64,000 bases of DNA, taken from a virus. Lineage: Duplodnaviria; Heunggongvirae; Uroviricota; Caudoviricetes. The stretch is from positions 39,803 to 103,802 of IMG/VR virus record IMGVR_UViG_2671180139_000002; one strand, written 5' to 3'. Shown piece by piece: positions 33,399 through 42,876 of the stretch. The position numbers and the translations under genes are program-made. Every line of letters starts with the position of its first letter. The stretch's first letter is position 1. The notes under the pieces were generated by a model. That model worked only from the letters and a program-made list of their open reading frames with translations, was not told the origin of the DNA and ran no database searches.

Positions 33399-36300
33399 TT
33401 AGGCGATGAGATCCGCGACCTTGGCGAAGACCTCGTTCAGGGCGAGCTGTTTGTCGCGATCGTGGTAGATTTCGCCAGGGTTGAAGCCGATGACGACGTT
33501 GGCGTCGAACTGCTCGCTGTAGACGATCTTGCCCGCCGCATCCGACGCCTTGCCCTTGAAGTCAGGGAAGAACTGGCGAACGACGGTGGAGCCGAGCAGG
33601 ACGATCACCGGAGGCTTCAGGAGATCCAGCTCGCGCTGCAGATAGGGCGCGTAGGTCGCGATCTCCTCGGGCGAGACCTGCTTGCCTTCCTTCGGCCGCT
33701 TGATCAGCGCGGTCCAATAGCCATCGGCACGGGCGAGACCCGCCTCCGACAGGGCTTCCGCCGTGTAGCCGAAGCTTTCTGCGAACGCCATGACGCCAAG
33801 ACGCTCCTCGCCGTTGGTGGGCGCGTCGGTGATCGCCACGAACTTCGCCTGTTTGCCGAAAGTGATCTTCACCGGCATCCCGTCGGTTTCCCCGGGCGAC
33901 GGCGCTGCTGGTCCATGCGCGCTCCGGTATTCTGCCATGAGCTCCGCGATCTTCACCTTGGTGGGTCTGTCCGTGTGCATGTCGCGGTGGACAGGCACGA
34001 CGGCGTCGATCAGCCCTGGAATGAACTCGATCTGATCCTTGATGCGGCTCGGGTCGCGAGCGGACAGAGAGCCTGGCACAATGCGCGCGAAGACGCCCAC
34101 CTTGTCCATCACCTCCATCTTGCCCTTATGGACCAGGCGCTTGTTCACGGCCGCGGTGAACTCCTCCAGCGACGCGAACTTGCCGCCGACGCTCTTGCGC
34201 GCCTCCACGATCGCCTTTGCTGCGTTTTCCGAGAGACCCTTGATGCGCGTGAAGGGGATGCAGAGCTTGGTGTCGGTCAGGATCTCGAACTGCTCGGTCG
34301 ACAAGTTGAGGTCCGGGAGCACGATTTCGATGCCGAGCCGCTCCGCGTCCTTCAGGAGACCGGGGAGCTTCTCCTCGTTCATCAGAGACAGCGCCGCAGC
34401 GAAGAACTCGACGGGGTAGTTCGTCTTCAGCCACATCGACTGATAGGAGATCAGCGTGTACTCGACCGAGTGGCTCTTGTTGAAGCCGTAGCCCGCGAAA
34501 GCGGAAATCTTCTCGAAAATGTCGCCCGCCTGGCTCTCTCCCAGCCCGTGCGTCGCCTTGCAGCCTTCGACGAACTTGTCCTTCTGCTTCGCCATCTCCT
34601 CGGGCAGCTTCTTGCCCATGATCTTGCGCAGCTTGTCGGCTTCAGCCATCGAGTAGCCGGCGAGATCGCGAGCCACCTGCATGACCTCTTCCTGGTAGAC
34701 CATGACGCCGTAGGTGTCCTTCAGCGCGTCGGTTATACTGGGATGGTCGAATTCGACCGTCTCCAGGCCCTGCTTGCGCAGGTAGTAGGAGTCCATCATC
34801 CCGGAATCCATCGGGCCCGGACGATAGAGTGCGGTCGCGGCCGTGATGTCGTCGAAGGTGATGGTGCCGTCCTTGCCGAGCTCACGCAGCAGGCGCCGCA
34901 TTCCGCCGGACTCGAACTGGAAAATGCCGGTCGTGATGCCCTTCGCGAAGTTGTCCAGCACCGCTTCGTCATCAAGCGGGATGCGCATGAGGTCGACCCG
35001 CTTGCCGTGACGCTCGCGGATGTATTTCAGGGTCAGATTGATGAGGTCCAGGGTGCTGAGACCCAGGATGTCCATCTTGACCAAGCCCTGATCCTCCACG
35101 ACGCGCTTGTCCCAGCAGACCACGCTTTCACCCTTGCGCCGCTCGATGACGGCGCGCTCCACCAGATCGCAGCCACCCACGACGATGCCGGCGGCGTGCT
35201 GACCAAGAGTGCGCGTGACACCCTCGACGCTGAGGCAGATGTCCCAGATCTCCGGGTTTCGATCCCGGAACTGGCCGATCTCGGCGACCTGATCGGCGGA
35301 ATCCTTCAGCTTCACGGACTGCCCGTGTTCCTTGGGTGCCAACTTGGAGCAGCGATAATCGTTCTCGCTGAGCCCGCAGACGCGCGAGACGTCGCGGATG
35401 GCCGCTGCCGGCCCAAGCGCGATGAAGTTGGCGACGCCGGCGACGCGCTTGCTGCCGTACTTCTCGACCAGGTATTCCACGACCTCATGCCGGCGCTCGG
35501 ACATGAAGTCGAGGTCGGCGTCGGGAAGGTCGATACGATCAGGGTTGATGAAGCGCTCGAACAGCAGACCGAAGCGGATCGGGTCGCAGTCGGTGATCCC
35601 CATCAGATAAGCCACGAGCGAGCCGCCGACGGAGCCGCGCCCTGGACCAACCAGAATGCCGTTGGATTTGGCGAACTGCACCACGTCCTGCACCAGCAGG
35701 AAGTAGCCGGAGAAGGAGAGCTTCTTGAGAACCTCCAGCTCGTAGGCGAGGCGGGGCCGATAGACGTCCCTCAGCTCCTCAGCCGTGGGTTTGTGGCCGA
35801 AGACCGACGAACCGAACCGCTTGGCCCAGCCCCCCTTGCACTCATTCACCACCGCCAGGAACTCGTTCGGCGCCATCGTGGGCAGTGAGACCGGCGCCTT
35901 GGCCCAGGAATAGGTCACCATGTCGGCAAGCCGGGCCGTGTTCTTGAGACCCTGGGTGAAGCAGGCGCCTGGGTCGGTCACGCCGCGGGCTTTCAGCCGG
36001 GTGATCGCGCCCTTGCACTCACCGGCGAGTTCCGACATCGAGAGCGGATGAAGATCGCGGGAGAAGGGTGAATTGTGCCAGCCGTCCGTGATCTTCACGT
36101 TGCGGGTGACCGCGTTCATGATCTCGGCCGCGTCGGCGCCCTCCTTCAGATAGGAGGCGGGGCGCGTGGTCAGAAACTCGCAGCCGAGCGCCTCCGCCGC
36201 GGCGATCGCGCGCTTGTTCAGCGTGTCCCAATACGGCGCGTTGATCGGCGTCAGCGTCAAGAACACGTTGCGAGCGCTCAGAGCGTCAACGCACTTGCGC

Positions 36301-36776
36301 AGTATGTCGAGCGCGTCAGCATGATGGAGCACGCTGTAAGCGTCGCTAGACGCGATTGCGACGTCATCCGACGTGACGTCTTCAAGCGCTGCGAACAAGT
36401 CAGCGAAGCTCAGCTTCGGGTTGTTGTAGAAGCGCTCCTCGGAGTTGGCGAGGGTGAGCAGCCGGAAGAGAGCGTGAAGCCCCTTCTCCGACAGCACGTA
36501 CCAGGTCAGATAGAACTCCGGCGGGGCCTTCTTGTCCTCCTTGGTCTTGCGCCAGGAGGGATCGTTGACCAGGCGCAGGCGGCAACCGATGATCGGCTTG
36601 ATTTCCGCCGCCTTGGCCTTGTTGGTGAAGTCGATCAGCCCGGTCACGGACATGGTGTCGGTGATCGCAACGGCCTTGGCACCCAGGGCCTTGGCACCGT
36701 CGACCAGCTTCTCGACCGTCAGAATGGATTCGCCGATCGAGAAATTCGTCCGCGCCGCCAGAATGGAATGCATCAT
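33399..36776 (-). CDS. dnaE: DnaE-type DNA polymerase III alpha subunit with C-terminal UDG-family-4-like domain
   Basis: N-terminal PHP domain; polymerase-core motifs (FERFINPDR, GYGFNKSHS); the C-terminal ~190 aa match family-4 uracil-DNA-glycosylase architecture. Confidence 0.85.
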   Translation of the reverse strand: MMHSILAARTNFSIGESILTVEKLVDGAKALGAKAVAITDTMSVTGLIDFTNKAKAAEIKPIIGCRLRLVNDPSWRKTKEDKKAPPEFYLTWYVLSEKGLHALFRLLTLANSEERFYNNPKLSFADLFAALEDVTSDDVAIASSDAYSVLHHADALDILRKCVDALSARNVFLTLTPINAPYWDTLNKRAIAAAEALGCEFLTTRPASYLKEGADAAEIMNAVTRNVKITDGWHNSPFSRDLHPLSMSELAGECKGAITRLKARGVTDPGACFTQGLKNTARLADMVTYSWAKAPVSLPTMAPNEFLAVVNECKGGWAKRFGSSVFGHKPTAEELRDVYRPRLAYELEVLKKLSFSGYFLLVQDVVQFAKSNGILVGPGRGSVGGSLVAYLMGITDCDPIRFGLLFERFINPDRIDLPDADLDFMSERRHEVVEYLVEKYGSKRVAGVANFIALGPAAAIRDVSRVCGLSENDYRCSKLAPKEHGQSVKLKDSADQVAEIGQFRDRNPEIWDICLSVEGVTRTLGQHAAGIVVGGCDLVERAVIERRKGESVVCWDKRVVEDQGLVKMDILGLSTLDLINLTLKYIRERHGKRVDLMRIPLDDEAVLDNFAKGITTGIFQFESGGMRRLLRELGKDGTITFDDITAATALYRPGPMDSGMMDSYYLRKQGLETVEFDHPSITDALKDTYGVMVYQEEVMQVARDLAGYSMAEADKLRKIMGKKLPEEMAKQKDKFVEGCKATHGLGESQAGDIFEKISAFAGYGFNKSHSVEYTLISYQSMWLKTNYPVEFFAAALSLMNEEKLPGLLKDAERLGIEIVLPDLNLSTEQFEILTDTKLCIPFTRIKGLSENAAKAIVEARKSVGGKFASLEEFTAAVNKRLVHKGKMEVMDKVGVFARIVPGSLSARDPSRIKDQIEFIPGLIDAVVPVHRDMHTDRPTKVKIAELMAEYRSAHGPAAPSPGETDGMPVKITFGKQAKFVAITDAPTNGEERLGVMAFAESFGYTAEALSEAGLARADGYWTALIKRPKEGKQVSPEEIATYAPYLQRELDLLKPPVIVLLGSTVVRQFFPDFKGKASDAAGKIVYSEQFDANVVIGFNPGEIYHDRDKQLALNEVFAKVADLIA

Positions 36777-37321
36777 CCCCTCTTGAGTGTCAGGCGCCCG
36801 TTCATCTCCTCCGCCGCGCCTAGCGCGACGAGAGCCTGACAGGCTTGAATTGCGTGAGAGGCCGCGGTCGCGGAGCTCCAGCCGAGCTTGGACTGGAGAG
36901 CCTGGCGCAGCATGTTGCGGTCAAAGCCCGAGGGCAGACGGAGCAGCAGGTGACAGGCGACCCGCATGAAGACGGGGGTCTTCTCAAACGGGTTCTCGCC
37001 GGCCGACAGACGTTCCGTCACCTTGATGCCGGCGCGCTCGAAGCGAGCGAGCAGCTCCTCTACCTTCTTCGGCAGGTTGCTCGTCAGTTGGATCGCCGGC
37101 GCGGGGTCGAGCTTCTTGGGCCGTTCCGCGCGCATTGCGGTCTTGGTCTTGCGCTCCACGATGCCGAGCTTGGCGCGGACATAGGCCATGTTGGCGGCGC
37201 TCAGCGGCCCGCAATTGGCCGCGAAGACGCACGTTTTGCATTCCGCCGCTTCAGCCTTGAAGGTCAGGGCCGAGCCGTAGCAGCCCGGCGCGCCCAGCGG
37301 CCTTTCCTTGCCACAAGTCAT
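36773..37321 (-). CDS. Cys-rich hypothetical protein
   Basis: 182 aa; N-terminal C...C...C..C cluster; ATGA overlap with dnaE. Confidence 0.4.
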   Translation of the reverse strand: MTCGKERPLGAPGCYGSALTFKAEAAECKTCVFAANCGPLSAANMAYVRAKLGIVERKTKTAMRAERPKKLDPAPAIQLTSNLPKKVEELLARFERAGIKVTERLSAGENPFEKTPVFMRVACHLLLRLPSGFDRNMLRQALQSKLGWSSATAASHAIQACQALVALGAAEEMNGRLTLKRG

Positions 37322-37950
37322 TATTGACTGACGACTCCCGTGATGGATCGGACCTCGTGATAGATTGCTTGGCGCTCCACGCGGTTGGCGCCCATGAGGT
37401 CGAAGATCAGCCCCGCCGTGAGTTGGTTGGGGGCATAGGTGTTGATGCCGCGCGAACGGGCATATTCGGACTTGGCCTTGATCGCCTGGATCTCAGCGAA
37501 GAGCTCCGGTGGCGGGTTTTCCAGGAGCTCGACGAATTGGCGAGCCCGTGGCGAAAGCCGCCTGAGGACCCGAGCCAGGCTATCTCGCTCGATGGCGCTT
37601 TGCTCCGGCAACGGCGCTGCATCCGGGAAGACGGAATGCAGACTGGCTCCTTCGCCATCCTCGCCCAGGTTCTTGTCGAGGGAGATCGCGGTCATGTGAG
37701 AGTCACCGATCGCGTCAGCGAGGAAGCGATTGATGTGGTTCTTCATGCCGCGCGTGAGGAAGGCGCCAAAGGGGACGTTGTACTCCGCCTTCCAAGCATC
37801 GCGCGCGAGGCACCAGGCGATCGAGAGCTCCTGAACGATGTCCTCGAACTCCACTCCGCGGGCTCCTGCAGCATGAACACGCTGCAGGACCTTGCGGGCG
37901 AAGCCGCGGATCAGCGGCTGACTGCTCTCATAGGTGATCTCCGGCTGCAT
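37321..37950 (-). CDS. RNA polymerase sigma factor (sigma-70 family region-2-like; possibly gp55-type late sigma)
   Basis: DIVQELSIAWCLARDAWKAEYNVPFGAFLTRGMKNHINRFL resembles sigma region 2; LSPRARQFVELL resembles region 4. Confidence 0.5.
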   Translation of the reverse strand: MQPEITYESSQPLIRGFARKVLQRVHAAGARGVEFEDIVQELSIAWCLARDAWKAEYNVPFGAFLTRGMKNHINRFLADAIGDSHMTAISLDKNLGEDGEGASLHSVFPDAAPLPEQSAIERDSLARVLRRLSPRARQFVELLENPPPELFAEIQAIKAKSEYARSRGINTYAPNQLTAGLIFDLMGANRVERQAIYHEVRSITGVVSQ

Positions 37951-39143
37951 CAGCCGAAGATCCGCTGCGCGAACTGCTCCACGACTTCCTTGTCGGTGCG
38001 CGAGAGACGGTTCGTGTAGCCAAGCCGGAGACCGCCGCGCCAGTCAGAGCCGCGCACGAGACCCAGGCGGGCCGCCGCGATCAGCTCGCGGGGCGAGACG
38101 GTGGAGCCGATACGGTTTGCGCGGAAGGCGTCGCGGATCTCCTTCGCGAAGTCCACGATCTTCTCGGCGTCGCGCTTGTCGATGCCGGTCTTGCCGACGA
38201 TCACCGCGACCTCGACCTTCTTCTCCATGTAGAGGACTTCCTCCACGATCGCAAAGCGGCTGTAGTTTGCGGCGTTCTGGATCTGGACGCCCTGATAGAG
38301 GCCCGTCTCGTCGCCGCCGCCGTTGGTATTGCCGGTCGCGACAAAGCGGAAGTCGGGATGCGGGCGGATAACGCGGAACTCCGGCGGAGCTTCCTTGATG
38401 ACCAGCGGCTTGCCCTCAAGCACCGGCTGGTAGACGGACAGCACGGAGGGCATGGCGAAGTCGTACTCGTCAGCGGCGTAGACGTGCCCGTTGAGCATCG
38501 CGAGCGTCAGCGGGCCGGGCTGGAACTCGGTCGCGCCATTCTTCACGACGTACTGGCCGACGATGTGCGCCTCTTCCGTATTGACGGTGTGTTGGACACG
38601 CATGAAAGGCCGCCCGGTGCGGGCGCAGACCTGCTCGAACACAGTGGTCTTGCCGCTGCCGTGCATTCCCCAGAGATACGTCGGGAGATTGAGCTCCAGG
38701 CCGATGATCACCGTCTTCGTGAGGTCGATGTTGAACACGTAGGACTTGTCGATATCCGGCACGATCGCCGCGGCCTCCGGATCGAGACCGCTGAAAATTG
38801 AGATCGGGATCGGCTCGCCGCGGGCGTTCAGAGCAGCGGCTGCCTTGCCGAGCTCGAAAATTTCGTGAAGAGGCTTTTTCGCGATAGAGCGATCTCGCGA
38901 AGCCGCAGCACCGGTCTCCAGCTTCTGCGAGACGGGGATCTTTTCGCCTTCGCGTTCCTTGGTGCGCTTCTCGATCTGCGCCTTCGCCATGTCGGAGAGG
39001 AGCGGCGCGTGCGGAAACTCCTGCTTGTATCGCTCCAGCGTCCATTCCGGATGCTGCGCCTTGATGTGAAGCTGCACGGAATGGACCCGGGCGCCGTCGA
39101 TCTGGCAGGTGATCTTGCCGTCGTCGATCGTTTCCGTCGTCAT
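37950..39143 (-). CDS. CobS-like AAA+ ATPase (MoxR/CbbQ class)
   Basis: Walker A GMHGSGKTT and an AAA_5-like core; N-terminal region typical of phage CobS; paired with the downstream CobT-like gene. Confidence 0.7.
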   Translation of the reverse strand: MTTETIDDGKITCQIDGARVHSVQLHIKAQHPEWTLERYKQEFPHAPLLSDMAKAQIEKRTKEREGEKIPVSQKLETGAAASRDRSIAKKPLHEIFELGKAAAALNARGEPIPISIFSGLDPEAAAIVPDIDKSYVFNIDLTKTVIIGLELNLPTYLWGMHGSGKTTVFEQVCARTGRPFMRVQHTVNTEEAHIVGQYVVKNGATEFQPGPLTLAMLNGHVYAADEYDFAMPSVLSVYQPVLEGKPLVIKEAPPEFRVIRPHPDFRFVATGNTNGGGDETGLYQGVQIQNAANYSRFAIVEEVLYMEKKVEVAVIVGKTGIDKRDAEKIVDFAKEIRDAFRANRIGSTVSPRELIAAARLGLVRGSDWRGGLRLGYTNRLSRTDKEVVEQFAQRIFG

Positions 39144-39206
39144 GAATTCTCACCTCGTGTGTGTGCTGTGATGCTTTGACTTTATCGATTTCGACGCGGA
39201 AGACAA

Positions 39207-39222
39207 GTAAGTAATGACTTAC
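39207..39222. promoter_or_regulatory. palindromic motif variant (GTAAGTAATGACTTAC)
   Basis: Between the cobT-like stop and the cobS-like start. Confidence 0.4.
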
Positions 39223-39284
39223 CATTTAAGTCCCGCGTCGACGTTTTTCGCCTGCTTTCGCGCTCTTGCGCGGAAAGTGGCAGC

Positions 39285-41516
39285 TCATGCCGTGAGGATA
39301 CGCTTGAGCTCACCCATGACGGTCCCCGGCAGGCTCTCCAGGTCGTGAAGCACCATGTGCTTGGGGTAGAAGGTCTTCACCGCGTCGTTCATGATGCCGA
39401 TACCGATGACCTCGATTCCGGCTTTGGTTGCGCCCGCCACACTGGCGTGCAGGTGTGAGTACAGAGCTTTCCGATCGCCATCAGCCGCGGGGTAGCCGTC
39501 GCTCAGCACCAACAGCACCTTGCGATGTTCACGCCTGGGCATGAGCCGCAGCGACGCCGTCTCTACAGCTTCGCCGTCGACGTTATTGGCGAGGAAGCGC
39601 TGGTTCATAGCCGCGTCCGCAAAGCGTCTCTTGACCGCCGGGGTAAGACGCTCCTCGAAGCCCTTGTAGATCGGCATCAGGATCGGCTCGGTTCGTGCGA
39701 ATTTCGTGCCGATCCGACGCGCCTCATTCCGAATAACTTCCGCAGACCAACCTGCCGGCTTGGTCGCCCACATCGTTGTGAAGCCGATGCACTCGTGAGC
39801 GATACCGACGCGCTCCAATGTCTGCGACAAGGCATAGCCCGCAGACATCGCGACACGCATCGGAGCTCCGCCCATCGAGCCCGAATTGTCGATCAGCAGG
39901 GAGACGGCGGTGTCTTTGGAGTTGTTCTCCTGGGTGCGGCGAAACACCCGGTCGTCGCCGGCGCTGATGCGGTGAAGGCTGGCGGAATGAAGACGACCGG
40001 AGCGGAAGCCCGGCACTCTGAGGACCTGACTGCGCGACGCCATCATCCGCTCGATGTCCTTCTGCATGACCCCGATCATGTGCCGGGTTTCGTCATCCAG
40101 CTTGGTGAGCTGCTCGTCCTTGAAGGACGCGGACACCTCGTGGCGCTCGATCCGATCGAAGTCCTTCGTGAACAGGACGTACTCGGCGTTGCGCGTTTCG
40201 CGGGTGGTGGCGTCGGTGATGCGCTTCTCCAGGGCGCCATCAAAGTCCGCATCAGTGAGATCCGGCGAGTTATCCATGAAGGGCGAGCCACGCGGGGAGG
40301 CTTCCGCTTCCGTATCGCGTCCACGCTCGGCCTTTCCGCCCTCGTCGGCATCGCCATCACCCTCGGCGCCAACCTCTCCGTCGTCGCCGTCTTCGTCGTC
40401 ACCCGAGGAGTCACCCTTGCCGCCGCTGTTCTCGTCGCCGTCTTCCTGCTCACCGTCGCCGGTGCGCAGATCACCTTCCTCGTCCTCTTCGTTTTCGTCA
40501 GCGCCGTCGCCGTCCTTCTCGTCGGAGCCGGCACCATCGTCCTCGTCGCCTTCGTCGGCGTCCGTGGACTCGTCTTCCTCGGACTTGTCACCCCTGCCTG
40601 ACTTTTCGTCGTCGGCGCCGCTCTTCTCCTTGGTTTCGTCATCCTCGGCCGCGGGTTTCGGCTTCTTGGGGGCAGGGGCCTTGCTCTTACCCTCTTCCTC
40701 ACCGCCGGCGTCATCATCGGACGGCTTGCTCTTGCTGGAGGACGGCTTGCCCTTCTGCTCGCCCGAACCCTTCTTCTTGCCCGAGCCCTTGCCGCCGGAC
40801 GACATGCTCTCGGAAGGATCACCCTCGTCTTCCCCTTCGTCTTCAGCACCCGAGGGCTTCGGCGGGTAGAGAACAGCGTGGAGCGTTTCCGCGATATCCA
40901 GTGCCTCGGCCGAGTTCTTGATCTTGGGGAAGCGCTTGATCACCTCCTCGGGCACGTTCTCCACGAACGCCTTGACCAGCGAATGATCCCAGTGACCTTC
41001 GCTCTTGAGGAAGTGCTGGAACTTCTCCTGCCCGGACCAGGCTCGGCAGATCGGCACGAGCAGCACCTGGAACTCGCGCATTGGGTCGCCCTTGACCTTC
41101 GGGTCCTTGAGAGCGGTTTTCGTGATGTTGGCGATGAAAAAGTCGTGAAGGCGCTTCACGTTGAAGACGGAGCCGGGGAACTTGCCGCCGATCGCGCGTT
41201 CGATGAAGGTGTCCTCCACGATGTTGTGGAGCTGATCCATCTGCTTGCCGTGCTTTGCAGCCTTCTTCACGACAGACCAGTCGGTGAAGAGGACGTGCGC
41301 GACTTCGTGGTCGATGAAGCCCTGGATCGCGAGAATCAAATCCTCGGTCGCGGTGTCCGGAATAAAGGGAATGTTGACGCGAACGGGCTTCAAGGTCACC
41401 GGATCGCTCTCGACGTAAGCCTGCGCGCCCTGCTGAGTGACGCGCAGCCCCTTGCCCGTGAGCATCTGCGTGAGCTTGACGATGGCGTCGCGCAGCGTCG
41501 CAATGTCTCTGTTCAT
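39285..41516 (-). CDS. CobT-like protein with C-terminal vWA domain and a long acidic low-complexity linker
   Basis: vWA MIDAS motif VLLIDNSGSMGG; ~170-aa D/E/G/K/S-rich linker; N-terminal CobT-like region. Confidence 0.7.
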   Translation of the reverse strand: MNRDIATLRDAIVKLTQMLTGKGLRVTQQGAQAYVESDPVTLKPVRVNIPFIPDTATEDLILAIQGFIDHEVAHVLFTDWSVVKKAAKHGKQMDQLHNIVEDTFIERAIGGKFPGSVFNVKRLHDFFIANITKTALKDPKVKGDPMREFQVLLVPICRAWSGQEKFQHFLKSEGHWDHSLVKAFVENVPEEVIKRFPKIKNSAEALDIAETLHAVLYPPKPSGAEDEGEDEGDPSESMSSGGKGSGKKKGSGEQKGKPSSSKSKPSDDDAGGEEEGKSKAPAPKKPKPAAEDDETKEKSGADDEKSGRGDKSEEDESTDADEGDEDDGAGSDEKDGDGADENEEDEEGDLRTGDGEQEDGDENSGGKGDSSGDDEDGDDGEVGAEGDGDADEGGKAERGRDTEAEASPRGSPFMDNSPDLTDADFDGALEKRITDATTRETRNAEYVLFTKDFDRIERHEVSASFKDEQLTKLDDETRHMIGVMQKDIERMMASRSQVLRVPGFRSGRLHSASLHRISAGDDRVFRRTQENNSKDTAVSLLIDNSGSMGGAPMRVAMSAGYALSQTLERVGIAHECIGFTTMWATKPAGWSAEVIRNEARRIGTKFARTEPILMPIYKGFEERLTPAVKRRFADAAMNQRFLANNVDGEAVETASLRLMPRREHRKVLLVLSDGYPAADGDRKALYSHLHASVAGATKAGIEVIGIGIMNDAVKTFYPKHMVLHDLESLPGTVMGELKRILTA

Positions 41517-41567
41517 GTGGTGTGATGTCCTCTCGTAAGTCGCTGCTGACTCACAAGCAAAAAGTTA

Positions 41568-41777
41568 CTACTGAGCGTTGAGGACTGCGAGCGGCTTCAT
41601 AAGGAGACTTTCACCCAGAGGTGGAATGACAATAATCACGTTTCCATACTCAGGATGATTTCCGCGAAAAACCGTTGACGCGGTCTTGTCTTCGCGGGTC
41701 TGATCTTCGAGGCGCGCTGCTTCTTCGTAAGCCTCCTCATGAGTGAGGTCGATGATCTGGATACGAGAGCAGGGCAT
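41568..41777 (-). CDS. hypothetical protein
   Basis: 69-aa ORF downstream of a motif and terminator. Confidence 0.3.
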   Translation of the reverse strand: MPCSRIQIIDLTHEEAYEEAARLEDQTREDKTASTVFRGNHPEYGNVIIVIPPLGESLLMKPLAVLNAQ

Positions 41778-41894
41778 AGGTACGGGTACTCCGAGTCTGC
41801 GCGTTAAGGCGTTCTATACGGACACTGTGTCCCAAGAACAAGATGAGAACAAGACGGGAACGAAAGAGAACATTACCGGTCTGTGAATCGAATG

Positions 41895-41917
41895 GATAAG
41901 TCAGTATTTACTGAACA
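41895..41917. promoter_or_regulatory. motif instance (GATAAGTCAGTATTTACTGAACA)
   Basis: Just downstream (gene strand) of the XRE-gene terminator; near-identical to the copy at 47997..48017. Confidence 0.45.
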
Positions 41918-41925
41918 CAACTGGC

Positions 41926-41953
41926 ACAAGAAAAGCGCCCTCGCAAGGGCGCT
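41926..41953 (-). terminator. intrinsic terminator downstream of the XRE regulator gene
   Basis: Minus strand reads GCGCCCttgcgaGGGCGC followed by TTTTCTTGTG. Confidence 0.55.
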
Positions 41954-41994
41954 CAGTTACGAAGGCTGTTGAAACAGCCTCCGCAGTTCAAAGG

Positions 41995-42399
41995 TCAGGT
42001 CGTGGGCGAGCCGAAGACCGTTTCGAGCTTCTGCTCTAGGTCCGGCGTGAGCGACGGGTCCTGGTTATCCGTCAGCTCGCGGATCTTGGCGAGAACCTTG
42101 GACTCGTTCTTGGAGCAGATGGTGCCGAAGACGGTCCCGATCACATCGATGGACCAGCCATGCTGTTCCATTGCGAGACGGAAGAGAAAGGCGGGGTCGA
42201 CGTTCAGAGACTTCGCCAGCAGCGGAATCTTGTCCATCGGAACTCGAGCTTCGCCGCGCTTGATCATGGAGATCATGTTCGGCTTGTCATAGCCGACTTC
42301 GTCGGCGATCTGACGCTGGGTCTTCATACCCTGGATCGCGTCGATCTGCTTGCTCAGGTAGCTTGCAAGCCTAGTATGCTCGAACGGCCGTGCCGGCAT
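41995..42399 (-). CDS. XRE-family (Cro/CI-like) HTH transcriptional regulator
   Basis: MKTQRQIADEVGYDKPNMISMIKRGEARVP is a typical HTH_XRE; it diverges from the plus-strand membrane-protein island. Confidence 0.7.
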   Translation of the reverse strand: MPARPFEHTRLASYLSKQIDAIQGMKTQRQIADEVGYDKPNMISMIKRGEARVPMDKIPLLAKSLNVDPAFLFRLAMEQHGWSIDVIGTVFGTICSKNESKVLAKIRELTDNQDPSLTPDLEQKLETVFGSPTT

Positions 42400-42595
42400 T
42401 TAACTTCTCCAAATCGTCGTTTCCACTGTTTCTAGCCCTCTGTGATGTTGTCGTCCGTTTTTGATTTATTGTTGATCGACTACATAGCAGGACAGGTAGT
42501 GGCAAGTCAGTCAGTAGATGTGTTTTCTTGTGGGGCCGTTAATCGTCCTTGTTGATTTCGGTTCCCGGATTTCGTCAATTAGACGAGACGAAGGC

Positions 42596-42618
42596 GATAA
42601 GTCAAAACATATTGATCA
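42596..42618. promoter_or_regulatory. motif variant (GATAAGTCAAAACATATTGATCA) in the divergent intergenic region
   Basis: Lies in the 42400..42876 non-coding region. Confidence 0.35.
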
Positions 42619-42686
42619 TCCGGCGTAACGAAACGGTGAGTTCGGGTGCTCGGCTGATCAATAGGTCAGGACGCGCCGTTCGGTTC

Positions 42687-42702
42687 CATAATGCATATTA
42701 TG
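42687..42702. promoter_or_regulatory. perfect palindrome CATAATGCATATTATG (candidate operator)
   Basis: 6-4-6 inverted repeat in the divergent region between the XRE regulator and the DUF805 gene. Confidence 0.45.
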
Positions 42703-42876
42703 CGAATGGAGCTGGAGCACCCCCAAGGCGCTGGGAGGCCCGTCAGCGGCAAGATTCAGAAAGCTTGGGCAGATTAGTCACAAGCGGCGGAATGTTCAAC
42801 CACGAGCTCCTGAGAGGCTTGTAGCTCCGTTGCGTCTAAGTAGTGTCTCCAGCGACAAACAAGACGGCGGGTAAGA

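Noticed and set aside
33369-35888. 839-aa plus-strand ORF
   Set aside because: Antisense to dnaE; low-complexity Leu/Arg/Gly-rich composition. dnaE on the minus strand is unambiguous.
38470-39225. 251-aa minus ORF overlapping the cobS-like gene
   Set aside because: Arg/Gly/Pro-rich out-of-frame overlap with a gene that has clear AAA+ motifs in another frame.
40054-40869. 271-aa plus-strand Ser/Pro-rich ORF and 257-aa minus ORF 40076..40849
   Set aside because: Both are alternative frames through the acidic low-complexity linker of the CobT-like gene; it is a repeat-driven frame artefact.
42400-42876. Possible tRNA or small structured RNA in the divergent intergenic region
   Set aside because: Inspection shows no credible cloverleaf: no GTTCGAATC-type T-loop with a matching acceptor stem. 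It is treated as a regulatory region only.
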